Shown: positions 54,263 to 63,999 of the stretch, one piece after another
Layout of the letters: every line of letters begins with the position of its first letter
How positions within the stretch are numbered: the first letter of the stretch is position 1
Source: Candidatus Latescibacterota bacterium
GTDB lineage: Bacteria > Latescibacterota > UBA2968 > UBA8231
NCBI GenBank assembly: GCA_965221775.1
Contig: CBDCSU010000004.1
Coordinates: 704,001-768,000, forward strand
Reading direction: 5' to 3'
Length of the DNA stretch: 64,000 nucleotides
Made by a program: the position numbers and the translations under genes
The notes under the pieces: generated by a model
Told to the model about the DNA's origin: nothing
The model's input: only the letters and a program-made list of their open reading frames with translations
The model's database searches: none

Positions 54263-56935
54263 TCAGAACGCCGTCGCCGAGACCGCCTTGGCGATCATCA
54301 GCGTCGCCGCGCAGAACATGCCCACCAGGGACATGCCCACGCCGAAGCCGACGGCCAGGACCATGGCGTACTGGCGCCACTGCTGGCGGCCGTAGCGCGG
54401 CCACAGGTAGTGCTTGGCCACGAGGGCGCCGATGACCTCGGTGAACATGGCGAAGAAGGTCGCCGCCCCGGCCGAGGCCACGCCCCGGATGAAGCCCCAC
54501 ACGAAGAACATGGGCATGCCGAAGAACCCGAGGATCGAGTAGAGGCCGAGGCCGAAGGCCAGGCCCACGACGATGATGGGCCACTTCACGCCGCCCGTGG
54601 GGTGGCGCAGGTCCTCGTCCACCTCGCCGTCGCCGTCGTCGTCCTTCTGGTTGAGTACCTCCTCGTCGGCGAGTCCGTCGAAGTCCTCGTCGCGGCCGTC
54701 GCCCGTCGACTTGGGGTCCTTCCAGTAGATCTGGAAGAACATGGGCGTCTCCACCGAGCTCTGGTAGAAGTCGCCGCGGAAGCCGGGATGGGTGTCCAGC
54801 TCGAAGAGGGTGATCAACTCGCGGTCGTGCCAGGCTTCCGGCAGGCGCACGCGCAGCATGGTCTCGGCGGCGGTCACCACGCCGGCGTCGTCGGGTGACA
54901 GCCTCAGGGGCCGCGGCAGGTCGGGGTTGATCTTGCTGTCGGGAGCCGGCTCCAGCAGGATCGGCATCTGACGGTCGGGGCCGGCTCCGGTGAAGTCGGT
55001 GTAGAAGTGGCCCGTCGCCGACCAGGGGCCGTAGCGGCGCAGCCCGGGGTTGGTGATCTCCACCTCGTCGGTGACGCGCACGCGCCAGTAGTAGAGGGAG
55101 CGGTCCTTCAGGTTGGCCGGACTCCACACCACTTCCCCGGCAGGCAGGACTTGCCCCTCCACCTCCTCCCCGGCCTGGTATGTGAGGCTGTACTGGGTCG
55201 CCGAGAACCGCACCGCTTCCTGGAAGGCGCGGGCCGGCCAGAAGGTCTGCACGTAGGGGTAGGCGTCGGAGGGGATCGGCGCCAGCTTCCACAGGAAGCT
55301 CCAGTACATCAGGCTGGCGCCGAGAACGATCGGCACCATGACCAGCTCCGCCTTCAGGAGGCTGGTGAAGCGCATCCCCGTGAGCTCGATGATGCGGAAG
55401 GTCTCGGCGTTGCCGCCGAAGTCGGCTCCCGCCAAGGGCACGAACCAGATCTCGACGCCGCGGTACCCGGTGAGGAAGACGATCGCCTCGTGCAGGTGCG
55501 GGATCTGCACGTTCTGCCCGATCAGCCCGTCGAGGCGGGCCGAGACGAAGGACATGATCGGCGCGTACACGAAGGCGATGAGGATGATCACCACCAGGAT
55601 GGTGGTGGTGATCAGCGACGGGAAGAGGGTCTTGGCCAGGACGATGGGATAGGCGGAGGCGATGAAGAACAGGGTGAGGCAGATCCACACCGGGAAGTCG
55701 CCGCGGTTGAGGTGCTTCATGCAGTAGCCGCGGATGCGGGCGGGCTCGTTGCACTCCGGGTGCAGGCAGACATCCGGGTCGTGGCCGTGGGTTTTGGCGT
55801 GGGACTGGTCCTCGCGGTGGTCCCGGGTGCCGCGCACCACCTGCACCATGGAGATGACGGTGGTGGCGAAGATGACGCCCAGTCCGAAGGGCTGCCAGAA
55901 GTCGACGCCGGCGGTGATCTGGGTCTGCACGGCGCCCATGCCGGGCACCCAGTGGGGCATGAAACCGTAGTGATGGAGCAGGGGCGACAGGACGATGAAG
56001 GAGACGACGGCGGCGAAGGAGCCCATGACGCTCCAGAACGGCAGCAGCAGGCCGGCGAAGATCGGCGACAGGCTGAAGCTGATGGCGATCGGCGTCGCCC
56101 CGAGGTAGCGTCCCAGGACCGGCGTAAGGTCGGCGAAGGGGATGGGCAGGATCGACACCTTGACGCCGGCGAAGACCTCGGTGAGGGTGGGGATCGCCAC
56201 GTACACGAACCCGAAGACGAGGCCGATCGACCCGCCCATGGTGAAGCAGGGCCACTTCCAGGTCTGTCTCTCCGAGCCGCTCTCCTCGGCCAGGGCCATC
56301 GCCCCGAGGGCGGCCTGGGGCGCCGTGGGGAAGGGCAGGCGCTCGCGGTCGGAGACCAGCCGGAAGAGGACGTACCCCGAGGTGAACCAGGTGATGCGGC
56401 CCACGAGGATGCCGAGCACCAGCAGGGCGATGGGCAGGGCCCAGTCCATGTGCAGGAAGGTGCGCTGCACGATCGCCTCGGAGTCGGGGGCCGGCGAGAA
56501 CCACCCGTGGCCGAGCCACTTCAGGCCCACCAGTTTCTCGGTGAGGCCGAACTGGGCGGCTTCCGGCGAGCCGACGAAGTACTGGCGCCAGATCAGCTGC
56601 AGGAAGGTGCCGGTCTCGGCGCGCACGATCAGCTGCGACGCCACGTACGTGAGCAGGAAGATCTCCTGCCGCCTGAGGGTGGTGAAGGAGCGCTTGGCGA
56701 TCTCCAGGAAGAGGATCACCGTCACCCACTGCGCCGCATCGCCGATGCCGATGCCGGTGACCAGACCCAGGTACATCTGCCCCGGCGTCATGATGAAGGC
56801 GATGAACAGCACCCCCACCAGCGTCTTGATGGTGTACCCGTGCTCGAAGCGCTCCGGCGCCTGCAGCAGATCCCGATACTCGTGGATCTCCTGGTACTGG
56901 CGCTCGCGCTTCGTTTGTCGGCGGTCCTCTGCCAC
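54263..56935 (-). CDS. OPT-like (peptide transporter) multi-TM protein with inserted soluble domains
   Basis: MTPGQMYLGLV.G..IG.AAQWVTVILF.E, DRERLPFPTAP, WKLAPIPS.AYPY..FWP, VLAVGFGVGMSL; many TM segments. Confidence 0.75.
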   Translation of the reverse strand: MAEDRRQTKRERQYQEIHEYRDLLQAPERFEHGYTIKTLVGVLFIAFIMTPGQMYLGLVTGIGIGDAAQWVTVILFLEIAKRSFTTLRRQEIFLLTYVASQLIVRAETGTFLQLIWRQYFVGSPEAAQFGLTEKLVGLKWLGHGWFSPAPDSEAIVQRTFLHMDWALPIALLVLGILVGRITWFTSGYVLFRLVSDRERLPFPTAPQAALGAMALAEESGSERQTWKWPCFTMGGSIGLVFGFVYVAIPTLTEVFAGVKVSILPIPFADLTPVLGRYLGATPIAISFSLSPIFAGLLLPFWSVMGSFAAVVSFIVLSPLLHHYGFMPHWVPGMGAVQTQITAGVDFWQPFGLGVIFATTVISMVQVVRGTRDHREDQSHAKTHGHDPDVCLHPECNEPARIRGYCMKHLNRGDFPVWICLTLFFIASAYPIVLAKTLFPSLITTTILVVIILIAFVYAPIMSFVSARLDGLIGQNVQIPHLHEAIVFLTGYRGVEIWFVPLAGADFGGNAETFRIIELTGMRFTSLLKAELVMVPIVLGASLMYWSFLWKLAPIPSDAYPYVQTFWPARAFQEAVRFSATQYSLTYQAGEEVEGQVLPAGEVVWSPANLKDRSLYYWRVRVTDEVEITNPGLRRYGPWSATGHFYTDFTGAGPDRQMPILLEPAPDSKINPDLPRPLRLSPDDAGVVTAAETMLRVRLPEAWHDRELITLFELDTHPGFRGDFYQSSVETPMFFQIYWKDPKSTGDGRDEDFDGLADEEVLNQKDDDGDGEVDEDLRHPTGGVKWPIIVVGLAFGLGLYSILGFFGMPMFFVWGFIRGVASAGAATFFAMFTEVIGALVAKHYLWPRYGRQQWRQYAMVLAVGFGVGMSLVGMFCAATLMIAKAVSATAF

Positions 56936-57084
56936 TAAGCCACCTGTCTCGGGGCGGGATCACCCCACAAGAGTTTCGCGCCAGCGAAACTCGCAACAAA
57001 GCCGCGCAGCGGCTTTGCGATCTCCTGATATTGGCGCTCCCGCTTCGTCTGTCGGCGGTCCTCCGCCACTAAGCCACCTGTCTC
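56885..57084 (-). repeat. 66-bp direct repeat of the OPT gene 5' end (56885-56950 and 57019-57084) flanking a 68-bp double hairpin
   Basis: Five mismatches, all synonymous third positions; hairpins GAGTTTCGC-gcca-GCGAAACTC (56971-56992) and CAAAGCCGC-gca-GCGGCTTTG (56997-57017). Confidence 0.88.
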
Positions 57085-60000
57085 ACGACGCCACTTCTTC
57101 CGCCGGCTCGAGCTCCACCTCGCTCGCCGCCATGACCACCTCGCGGCAGTGGACGGCGTGCTCCTCCTGGATGTCGTGCTTCAGCGTCTGCCACACCAGG
57201 AACTGCTTCCGCAGCTCCAGCATGAAGCCGAGGTTGAGGCGCTGCCAGAACGCCACGGGCCCGCTGATGCGCTCGATGTAGAGGTCGATCTCGCAGATCC
57301 GCGGATGGTCGGTGGGCGCGATGGTGAATTGCAGGTACTGGCTCACCCCCATGTCGAAGGGCGCCAGCCACAGCAGCAACTGCACGGTGTGCACCTTGCC
57401 GCCGTCCCCTTCCTCCACCAGGACGCGGGTGCGCTCGGTGTACATGCGGCCCACCGACTCGTGGCCGTACGAGGTGAAGAAGGTGTGGAGGTAGCCGCAC
57501 AGGGACTCCACGGCGTTGACGTTCACCGTGAAGGGGAAGGGGAAGCGCCAGATGTCGTCCACCGGATCGGGCAGCTGCCAGCGCCGCACCACATCGGGCA
57601 CGGCCATCTGCGATGCCGTGCGCGCCGGATAGACGGTGGACAGCAACACGACGGCGATCACCAGCAGGGCCGAGCTGATCGCCGCGGTGGAGGAGTAGTT
57701 GAGGGAGACCCCGCCCAGCAGGTCGAGGGCGAGGAGCACCCGGCCCCCCGCCTGGCCGAGGACGTAGCCGATGACCACGCCGAGGACGCCGTAGACGCAG
57801 GACTCGGCGATGAAGAGGAAGGCGATGTGGACCGGCGCCAGGCCCACCGAGGAGTAGACGCCGATCTCGCGGAAGCGCTCGTACACGGCGCCCATCATGG
57901 TGTTGAGGACGATGAGGGCGGCGATGAGCATGGGGATGACGAGGGCCCCCAGACCCTCCACGCTGGTGGCGCCCATGCTGCTGTAGGCATAGGTCCTCAG
58001 CTCCCCCTCCTCGTCGGGCATGCCCACGAAGAGGCGGAAGGTCGCCCGCGTGAGGTACTCCTCGATCAGCTCGCGGCTCGGCACCTCCTCGTCGAAGGCG
58101 ATGGCCACCGACATGAGCTCGGCCCCCAGGCTCTCCAGCCGGCCGTAGGGCATGACCGCCAGCCGCGCCGAGGGCAGGTGCTCGTAGCCGACGTCGATGT
58201 CGGCGTCGGCGAAGAAGTTGTTCATCATGAACATCTGGTCGAGGCCGGGCATGTTGAACTGCTCGAACTTCTCCTTTGCCGGCGTCAGGGGCTCGTTGTT
58301 CAGGTCGCGCACGTCCTCGAAGAGGTCCGGGTCGTAGATGCCCACGACCTTCCACCCCTGGCCGAAGACGCGCACCAGCGGCCCCTCCCCACGCTCCACC
58401 GCCTCCACCGAAACGCCGAGCTGCTCGGCCACCGGCGCCGCCAGGATGGTGCTGCTCTCCCCGGGGTCGTCGAACCAGCGGCCGGCGAGGAGGGCGCGGT
58501 CGATGCCCGTCACCTCGGTCTCCTCGGGGGTCAGGCCGAGGACGCCGAGGGCGGCCGCCTCCCGCCCCCGGTAGCGCATGGGGATGTAGCCCTCCTCCTC
58601 GAAGCCCATGGTCATCCAGGTCCGCGCCGCCACGGTGCCGGACCCGCCGAAGTGGGAGAACAGGTAGTCGTACACCGGCGGCTCCCAGGACCACCAGTGG
58701 ATGTCGTGCATGAGGACGCCGCGGTAGAGGGGCTCCCAGTCCTTCTCGAAACCGACGAAGCGGATCGCCGGCTTGAAGGAGGTGAAGGAGAGGACGGTGA
58801 AGGTGAGCATGGTGATCGTCGTCAGCGTCAGGCCCGTGCGCAGGACGCGGCGGCGCATGTTGGAGATGCCGAGCATGAAGGCCACGTAGGCGGTGCCCGA
58901 GCGGCTGAGGTCGCCGCTGGCGGTGCCCGCCGCCCGCTGGCGCAGCTCGGTCATGTAGCTGTTGAACCGCGACATGACGAGGGTGATGACGAAGACGGCC
59001 ATGACCATCACCATGAGGGCCAGGAGCACGATCACCGGGTGGGCCAGCTCGAAGGCCGGGTGCACCTGGGCGAGGATCATCCAGATGACCAGCATGATCA
59101 CCGTGAACCAGGCGATCTGGCGGCGGATGTCGGGGGCCGCGAAGAGCAGGCGCTCGGCGAAGAACGCCGCCGGCACCAGCAGGGCGACGAAGAACACGAG
59201 GCCGAGGATGATGTCGTCCTGGGTGCCGCGCACGTCCGGGTAGGCGCGGTACTCCAGGCCGATCGCCTCGCGCACGTACTTGGCGTAGCGGTCCCAGTCG
59301 AGGGCGGCCATCGCCTCCTCGGCCTTCTCCAGGGCGGTGAGCGAGCGCTGGTGCAGGGCGTCGAGGCGCGGGTTCTCGATGGCGAACTGGCGCATGCGCT
59401 CCATGCGCACGTCGTCGAGGCGCCACATGTCCTTCGTCGACTGCAGGCTGGCGTACGGGATCAGGCGCCTCTGCGACAGGTCGAAGCCGGCCCCCTGGGC
59501 GGTGAGCTCGTCCACGGCGCCGGCGTTGTTGAGCAGCACCATCGACTTGTCCACCATGCGCAGCGGCTCCCCCGGCTCTCCGTAGAGGACCATCATGCGC
59601 TCGAGGTAGTCGCCCATGACGAAGCCGTACTGGCGGGGCACGGCGCCGCGGTCGTCGAGGACCTTCATGCTGCGGCTGGAGTTGCCGAAGGTGAAGTGGA
59701 AGCCGGCGTGGATGCGGTCGTGGATCTCGACGCTCTCGGCCTCGAAGAGGATCGTCGTCCACACCGTCTCGGCCTTGGTCAGGCCCTGCTCCCAGGCGCC
59801 GATCTTCTGGGCCCGCTCGCCGTGGTCGGTGGCGAAGGTGACCTCGCCGGTCTCCTTGTCGAGGAGGAAGCCGCGCACCCCGACCTTGCCCTTGGAGAGG
59901 CCCTTGACGGTGTAGTTGCCCTCGTCGTCGGCGAGGGCGATCCAGGGCCGCCACATGTCGGGGTAGTAGTCGTGGAGGATGACGACGGTGCCGTGGGGCA

Positions 60001-61855
60001 CCGGATCCTCGGGGGTGGCGGAGCGCCTCGGCAGCAGCCGCAGCCGGCCGTCGATGGCGACGCGGCGGTCGGGCAGGTTGCGGTCGTGGGCGGGGCCGAG
60101 CTTCTCCCACTCGGGGCCGAAGAGGCCGGGGTCGGCCAGGGCCCGGGTGAGGACCTCGTTGATCATCTCGCTCTGGCGCTGCACGTTGCCGAAGTCGACC
60201 CGGTCCGGCCGGTCCAGGGGGCTGTCGAGGACCGCGCGGCGGTCGGTGGTGGTCACCAGGTTGAGGGTCACCAGGCCCACGTCGCGCGCGATCCGGCCGT
60301 CCTCGATGAAGACGTCGTCGTCGAGGTAGCTGTCCCACGACAGACCCTTGATGGGGCTGACGAGGTTGACGAGACCGTTGGGCTCCCGCCCCAGCGCCGC
60401 GGCGGCCTCGTCGGCGTGGCGCGAGAAGCTGCGCCCGAGGGAGACGAAGAACCGGCGGTGGGCGGAGAGGCGGGCGCTGTGCACCAGACCGACCTGGTCG
60501 GACTGGCTCGACAGGTCGAGGGCCAGGAAGAGATCGATGTCGAGGCTGTCCGGCTCCAGGCGGATGCCGAGGGAGTCGGGCTTGATGCGCCGGCGCTTGA
60601 GCTGCGCCGTGAGACGTTCCAGGTCGACGGACTCGAGGACCGGCCCGCCCCCCGAGTCGCCCAGCCGCACCCCCAGGGTGTCGAGAGGGATGCCGAGGTC
60701 GGCCGTCTGCCGCACCAGCTTGTCCACCTTCAGCGAGTCGGCGACGAAGCGCTTGGGCATGCGGTTGCGGAACAGGGGCAGCCGGCGCGCGTGCCGGTCG
60801 AGGAACTGGAACAGCCCCTGGTCGCCCTGGAAGTGCGAGCCCGTGGCCACCAGCACCACCGAGCGCGCCGGCGGTTGGTCGCGCAGGTGGCGGGCCAACT
60901 CCAGAAGGGCGGCGACGCCGCAGGCGGCCTCGGCGGCGGGCGCGTCCGAGGGCACTACCGAGAGGCCGTCGTAGTAGGCGTGGACGGCTACCAGCTCCTC
61001 CGAAAGCTCCGGGTCGACGCCGGGCACGCGGCCCCAGATCGCCCAGGTGGTGTGGCTCTCGAAGTCCATGCGCGCCCGAAGGCGCACCGGCAGCTCCCCC
61101 TCGCCGAGACGCTGGCGCAGGCCCAGGGCCGCCTGCCGTCCGAGCCAGAACCGGGGCACGTCGACGGGGGTCCAGCTCCACTTGGTGCGCGACTCGAAGT
61201 TCGTCGTCTCCTCGGGCTCGACGAAGACGATCGCCCCGGCGCCGAGGGCGGCGGCGTTCTTCCAGTTCGTCCAGGTGTTGTACTCCATCAGGACGACGGC
61301 GCCGTCCATGACGTGTCCGTTGAAGTCGGCGTGCTCCCCGGCGCCGCCGTAGAACAGGTGTCCGCGCCGGCCCTCCGGTCCGAGGGTGTTGGTGCGCACG
61401 AGATTCGGCCACAGCGACTGCAGCGGGATCGTCTCCAGCACGCCGCCGCCCTCGTCGAGCAGCTCCATGGAAGCGCCGTGGTCCATGGGAACGACGATGT
61501 CGTAGGGCTCGCGCTGCACCTCCCGCACGCCAGCGGCCTTCAGCTCCCGCTCCACGAAGTCGGCGGCGAAGCGGTCCCCCGGGTAGCCGGCGATCCGCGA
61601 CCCGTGGGAGGAGAGCTGGCGGATGGTGTGGGCGATGCGGCCGAAGGCGTCGTCCTCGGGGGCCTGCTCGACTTGCGCGGGGGCCGGCGATGCGGCAGCC
61701 GGCGTCGATTCAGCGGGGGCCGGCGGCGCGGCGGCCGGCGCGGCTTCCGCGGAGGATGTCACCGGGGAAGCCAGGACCGGCGATGAGAGGGCCAGGGCCA
61801 GCGCCGGCAGGAGCGGCCGCCAGGAGGCGCCGCGAAGACGGGCGGTGCTTCTCAT
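57083..61855 (-). CDS. Giant membrane protein: PA + degenerate M28 peptidase ectodomain + FtsX/MacB-like permease
   Basis: Signal peptide; SHGSRIAGYPG, HAYYDG..APAAEAACGVAALLELA; ISNMRRRVLRTGLTL; NTMMGAVYERFREIGVYSSVGLAP..FIAES, YPARTAS; ATG 61855 overlaps upstream stop. Confidence 0.82.
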   Translation of the reverse strand: MRSTARLRGASWRPLLPALALALSSPVLASPVTSSAEAAPAAAPPAPAESTPAAASPAPAQVEQAPEDDAFGRIAHTIRQLSSHGSRIAGYPGDRFAADFVERELKAAGVREVQREPYDIVVPMDHGASMELLDEGGGVLETIPLQSLWPNLVRTNTLGPEGRRGHLFYGGAGEHADFNGHVMDGAVVLMEYNTWTNWKNAAALGAGAIVFVEPEETTNFESRTKWSWTPVDVPRFWLGRQAALGLRQRLGEGELPVRLRARMDFESHTTWAIWGRVPGVDPELSEELVAVHAYYDGLSVVPSDAPAAEAACGVAALLELARHLRDQPPARSVVLVATGSHFQGDQGLFQFLDRHARRLPLFRNRMPKRFVADSLKVDKLVRQTADLGIPLDTLGVRLGDSGGGPVLESVDLERLTAQLKRRRIKPDSLGIRLEPDSLDIDLFLALDLSSQSDQVGLVHSARLSAHRRFFVSLGRSFSRHADEAAAALGREPNGLVNLVSPIKGLSWDSYLDDDVFIEDGRIARDVGLVTLNLVTTTDRRAVLDSPLDRPDRVDFGNVQRQSEMINEVLTRALADPGLFGPEWEKLGPAHDRNLPDRRVAIDGRLRLLPRRSATPEDPVPHGTVVILHDYYPDMWRPWIALADDEGNYTVKGLSKGKVGVRGFLLDKETGEVTFATDHGERAQKIGAWEQGLTKAETVWTTILFEAESVEIHDRIHAGFHFTFGNSSRSMKVLDDRGAVPRQYGFVMGDYLERMMVLYGEPGEPLRMVDKSMVLLNNAGAVDELTAQGAGFDLSQRRLIPYASLQSTKDMWRLDDVRMERMRQFAIENPRLDALHQRSLTALEKAEEAMAALDWDRYAKYVREAIGLEYRAYPDVRGTQDDIILGLVFFVALLVPAAFFAERLLFAAPDIRRQIAWFTVIMLVIWMILAQVHPAFELAHPVIVLLALMVMVMAVFVITLVMSRFNSYMTELRQRAAGTASGDLSRSGTAYVAFMLGISNMRRRVLRTGLTLTTITMLTFTVLSFTSFKPAIRFVGFEKDWEPLYRGVLMHDIHWWSWEPPVYDYLFSHFGGSGTVAARTWMTMGFEEEGYIPMRYRGREAAALGVLGLTPEETEVTGIDRALLAGRWFDDPGESSTILAAPVAEQLGVSVEAVERGEGPLVRVFGQGWKVVGIYDPDLFEDVRDLNNEPLTPAKEKFEQFNMPGLDQMFMMNNFFADADIDVGYEHLPSARLAVMPYGRLESLGAELMSVAIAFDEEVPSRELIEEYLTRATFRLFVGMPDEEGELRTYAYSSMGATSVEGLGALVIPMLIAALIVLNTMMGAVYERFREIGVYSSVGLAPVHIAFLFIAESCVYGVLGVVIGYVLGQAGGRVLLALDLLGGVSLNYSSTAAISSALLVIAVVLLSTVYPARTASQMAVPDVVRRWQLPDPVDDIWRFPFPFTVNVNAVESLCGYLHTFFTSYGHESVGRMYTERTRVLVEEGDGGKVHTVQLLLWLAPFDMGVSQYLQFTIAPTDHPRICEIDLYIERISGPVAFWQRLNLGFMLELRKQFLVWQTLKHDIQEEHAVHCREVVMAASEVELEPAEEVAS

Positions 61856-62577
61856 GCCTCGCCCGTGCGCCTGCGGAAGAAGGCGTCCCAGTCGCGGGTC
61901 GGCTCGAAGCCGAGGATGCGGCGCGCCTTCTCCCACGTGTAGGTCCCGGGGCCGCGGTACGAGAGCACGGGGAAGCACTGGAAGTCGTCGGGGATCGACT
62001 CCGCCTCCAGGGCCAGCCTGCAGATGTGGTGGAGATCTTCCCAGACCACGGTGAAGGGGGGCGCCGCCCGCGGCCCGTCCGCCGGCTCCGGCGCCGGCCC
62101 CAGGCCGTTGAAGACGAAGTAGGCGGTCTGGATGCCGTGGGCCTGGGCGAAGACCCGGCAGATCTCGGCGCTCAGCCACTTGGAGAGCATGTAGAGGCTG
62201 CTGCCCGGCGTGGCGGGCGCGTCGTCGACGCCGAAGTCGTGATCGTAGGCGTAGCGCAACCCCTGGGGGCCGGAGTGGATGACCTTGCCGATCCCCAGCT
62301 CGGCGGCGGCCTTCATCACGTGCCAGGCGCCGGCGGTGTTGACGTCGTAGCTGTCCACCGCATGGTCGCGGACGACGGTGAAGTTCATGATCGCCTCCAT
62401 CCCCCGCGCCGCCTCCAGGACCTGCTCGTAGCAGCGCACGTCGACGTGCTCGATGGGGAGGCCCGCCGGGTGGGGCTTCACGTCGGTGAGGCGCAGGTCG
62501 TAGTCCTTCTCCAGGCCCGGCGCGAGATCGGGCCCCACCAGGCCGGAGGCGCCCAGGAGGAGGACCTTCTTCTTCAT
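61852..62577 (-). CDS. NAD-dependent epimerase/dehydratase family (uronate dehydrogenase-like)
   Basis: VLLLGASGLVG, DVNTAG, YMLSK. Confidence 0.85.
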   Translation of the reverse strand: MKKKVLLLGASGLVGPDLAPGLEKDYDLRLTDVKPHPAGLPIEHVDVRCYEQVLEAARGMEAIMNFTVVRDHAVDSYDVNTAGAWHVMKAAAELGIGKVIHSGPQGLRYAYDHDFGVDDAPATPGSSLYMLSKWLSAEICRVFAQAHGIQTAYFVFNGLGPAPEPADGPRAAPPFTVVWEDLHHICRLALEAESIPDDFQCFPVLSYRGPGTYTWEKARRILGFEPTRDWDAFFRRRTGEA

Positions 62578-63344
62578 GCGCCGGCCGCCGCCGCCCACTG
62601 GCGGCGGAAGTCGTGCCGCGGCTCGAAGCCCATCCCGCGCATGCCGTCGAGGAGGAACTTCGGGTGCGGCGGCTGGTGGCAGACGTGCCGCACCTGCCAG
62701 CGCCCGATCCAGTTGCGGGCGCCCGCGTGGTCGCGGCCCAGGGCCAGCCCGACGGCGGCGGCCGCATCCCGCGGGTCGAGCCAGCTGAGGTCCGGCTCGC
62801 TGCCCGCCGCGACTTGGTCCTCGCGGACCAGGCGTCCCAGCCGCAGCACGGTGACGCCGAGGGCGTAGTCGCGGGCGAACTCGCGGGTGACCTGCTCGGC
62901 CAGGTGGTACGCCAGCCGCTTCATGGCGGTCCCCGGCCGCGGCCGGTGCTGGTCGGAGACGTACACGTCGTCCGGCACCTCGTGGAAGACCTCCAGGGAG
63001 CTGCAGTAGACGAGGCGGCGGACGCCGGCTTCGACGGCGGCTTGCAGCAGGACGCTGGTCCCCCGCGTGGCGCGGTCGAGGAGGGCGCGCTCGCCCTCGC
63101 AGGAGTCGGCGGGAGGAAGGGCGGGGGGACCGGCGGGACCCGTGTGGACGATGGCGTCGACGCCGCTCACGGCGTTGCCGGCGCCTTCGGGGTCGTGGAG
63201 ATCGGCGTCGACGATGTCGATGCCGGAGGGGCCCGGTGCTTCGGAGTCCGGGTGCCGGGCGACCCGGAGGCGGTGTTCCCCGGAGAGCCTACGGAGGAGG
63301 ATGGTTCCCATGCGGCTCGTACCCTCGGATACAAGAATCCGCAT
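62574..63344 (-). CDS. NAD-dependent epimerase/dehydratase family protein (degenerate motifs)
   Basis: ILVSEGTSRMG, GVDAIVH, GTSVLLQAAVEAGVRRLVYCSS, VLRLG; canonical YxxxK not evident. Confidence 0.72.
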   Translation of the reverse strand: MRILVSEGTSRMGTILLRRLSGEHRLRVARHPDSEAPGPSGIDIVDADLHDPEGAGNAVSGVDAIVHTGPAGPPALPPADSCEGERALLDRATRGTSVLLQAAVEAGVRRLVYCSSLEVFHEVPDDVYVSDQHRPRPGTAMKRLAYHLAEQVTREFARDYALGVTVLRLGRLVREDQVAAGSEPDLSWLDPRDAAAAVGLALGRDHAGARNWIGRWQVRHVCHQPPHPKFLLDGMRGMGFEPRHDFRRQWAAAAGA

Positions 63345-63531
63345 GTGTGGAACGGCTCCTGGGGCCCGCCGGAGGCTCGCGCTCGGGCGGCGGGCGGGAT
63401 GAGGGGGAAGGGCTGCCGGCAGAGTGAGTTACGCTTGCAGCGGGCAACCTATCGACGCCCCGGAGAGGCGTCAAGTTGAGGCGCCGGGACAGCCGCGGGC
63501 CCCGGGGAGTCCCAGGGCGCGGGTCCCGGGC

Positions 63532-63999
63532 CTAGGCGCAGAAGTTCAGGGCCGTGGCCGCATACACCCGCGCCACCCGCACCAGCTCCGCCACCGGGAC
63601 CCGCTCCTCCGTTGTGTGGGCGCCGGTCGCCGCCGGACCGTGGGTGATGGCGGGGATCCCGGCCTGGGCGCAGAAGCGGTTGCCGTCGTCGAGGAAGGGC
63701 TTGTCCGCCCAGGCCAGGGCGGCGCCGTTGACGCCCGTGACCGCAGCCTGGAAAGCCTCCACGAGCGGGTCCTCCCGCCGCAGTTCGAAGGCCTCCCCCA
63801 CGATCTGGAAGTCCACGGTCGCCTCGGCGCCGAAGCGGGAGGCCACGGACGCGGCCAGGGCCGTAAGCTCCTCGCGGGCCTCCTCTCCCCGGCCCTGGGT
63901 GACCCACCGGCGCGTGCCCCGAAGCCGGCAGGAGACCGGCGCCTGGTTGAAGATCTCCCCCGACTCGAGCTGGCCGACGAAGGCGGAATCGCGGCCGCT
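63532..63999 (-). CDS. M20 family metallopeptidase (ArgE/DapE-like), C-terminal part; 5' end outside window
   Basis: Frame open to window end: VGQLESGEIFNQAP..CRLRGTRR, DDG, GIPAITHGP..GAHTTEERV. Confidence 0.82.
   Translation of the reverse strand, partial: SGRDSAFVGQLESGEIFNQAPVSCRLRGTRRWVTQGRGEEAREELTALAASVASRFGAEATVDFQIVGEAFELRREDPLVEAFQAAVTGVNGAALAWADKPFLDDGNRFCAQAGIPAITHGPAATGAHTTEERVPVAELVRVARVYAATALNFCA

Noticed and set aside
57149-61786. Very long alternative ORFs (57149-61786 +, 57069-61412 -, 36177-39467 +, 42177-44936 -, 54102-56999 - and similar)
   Set aside because: Antisense or frame-shifted shadows of real genes in GC-rich DNA; low-complexity Arg/Pro/Gly-rich or motif-free translations.
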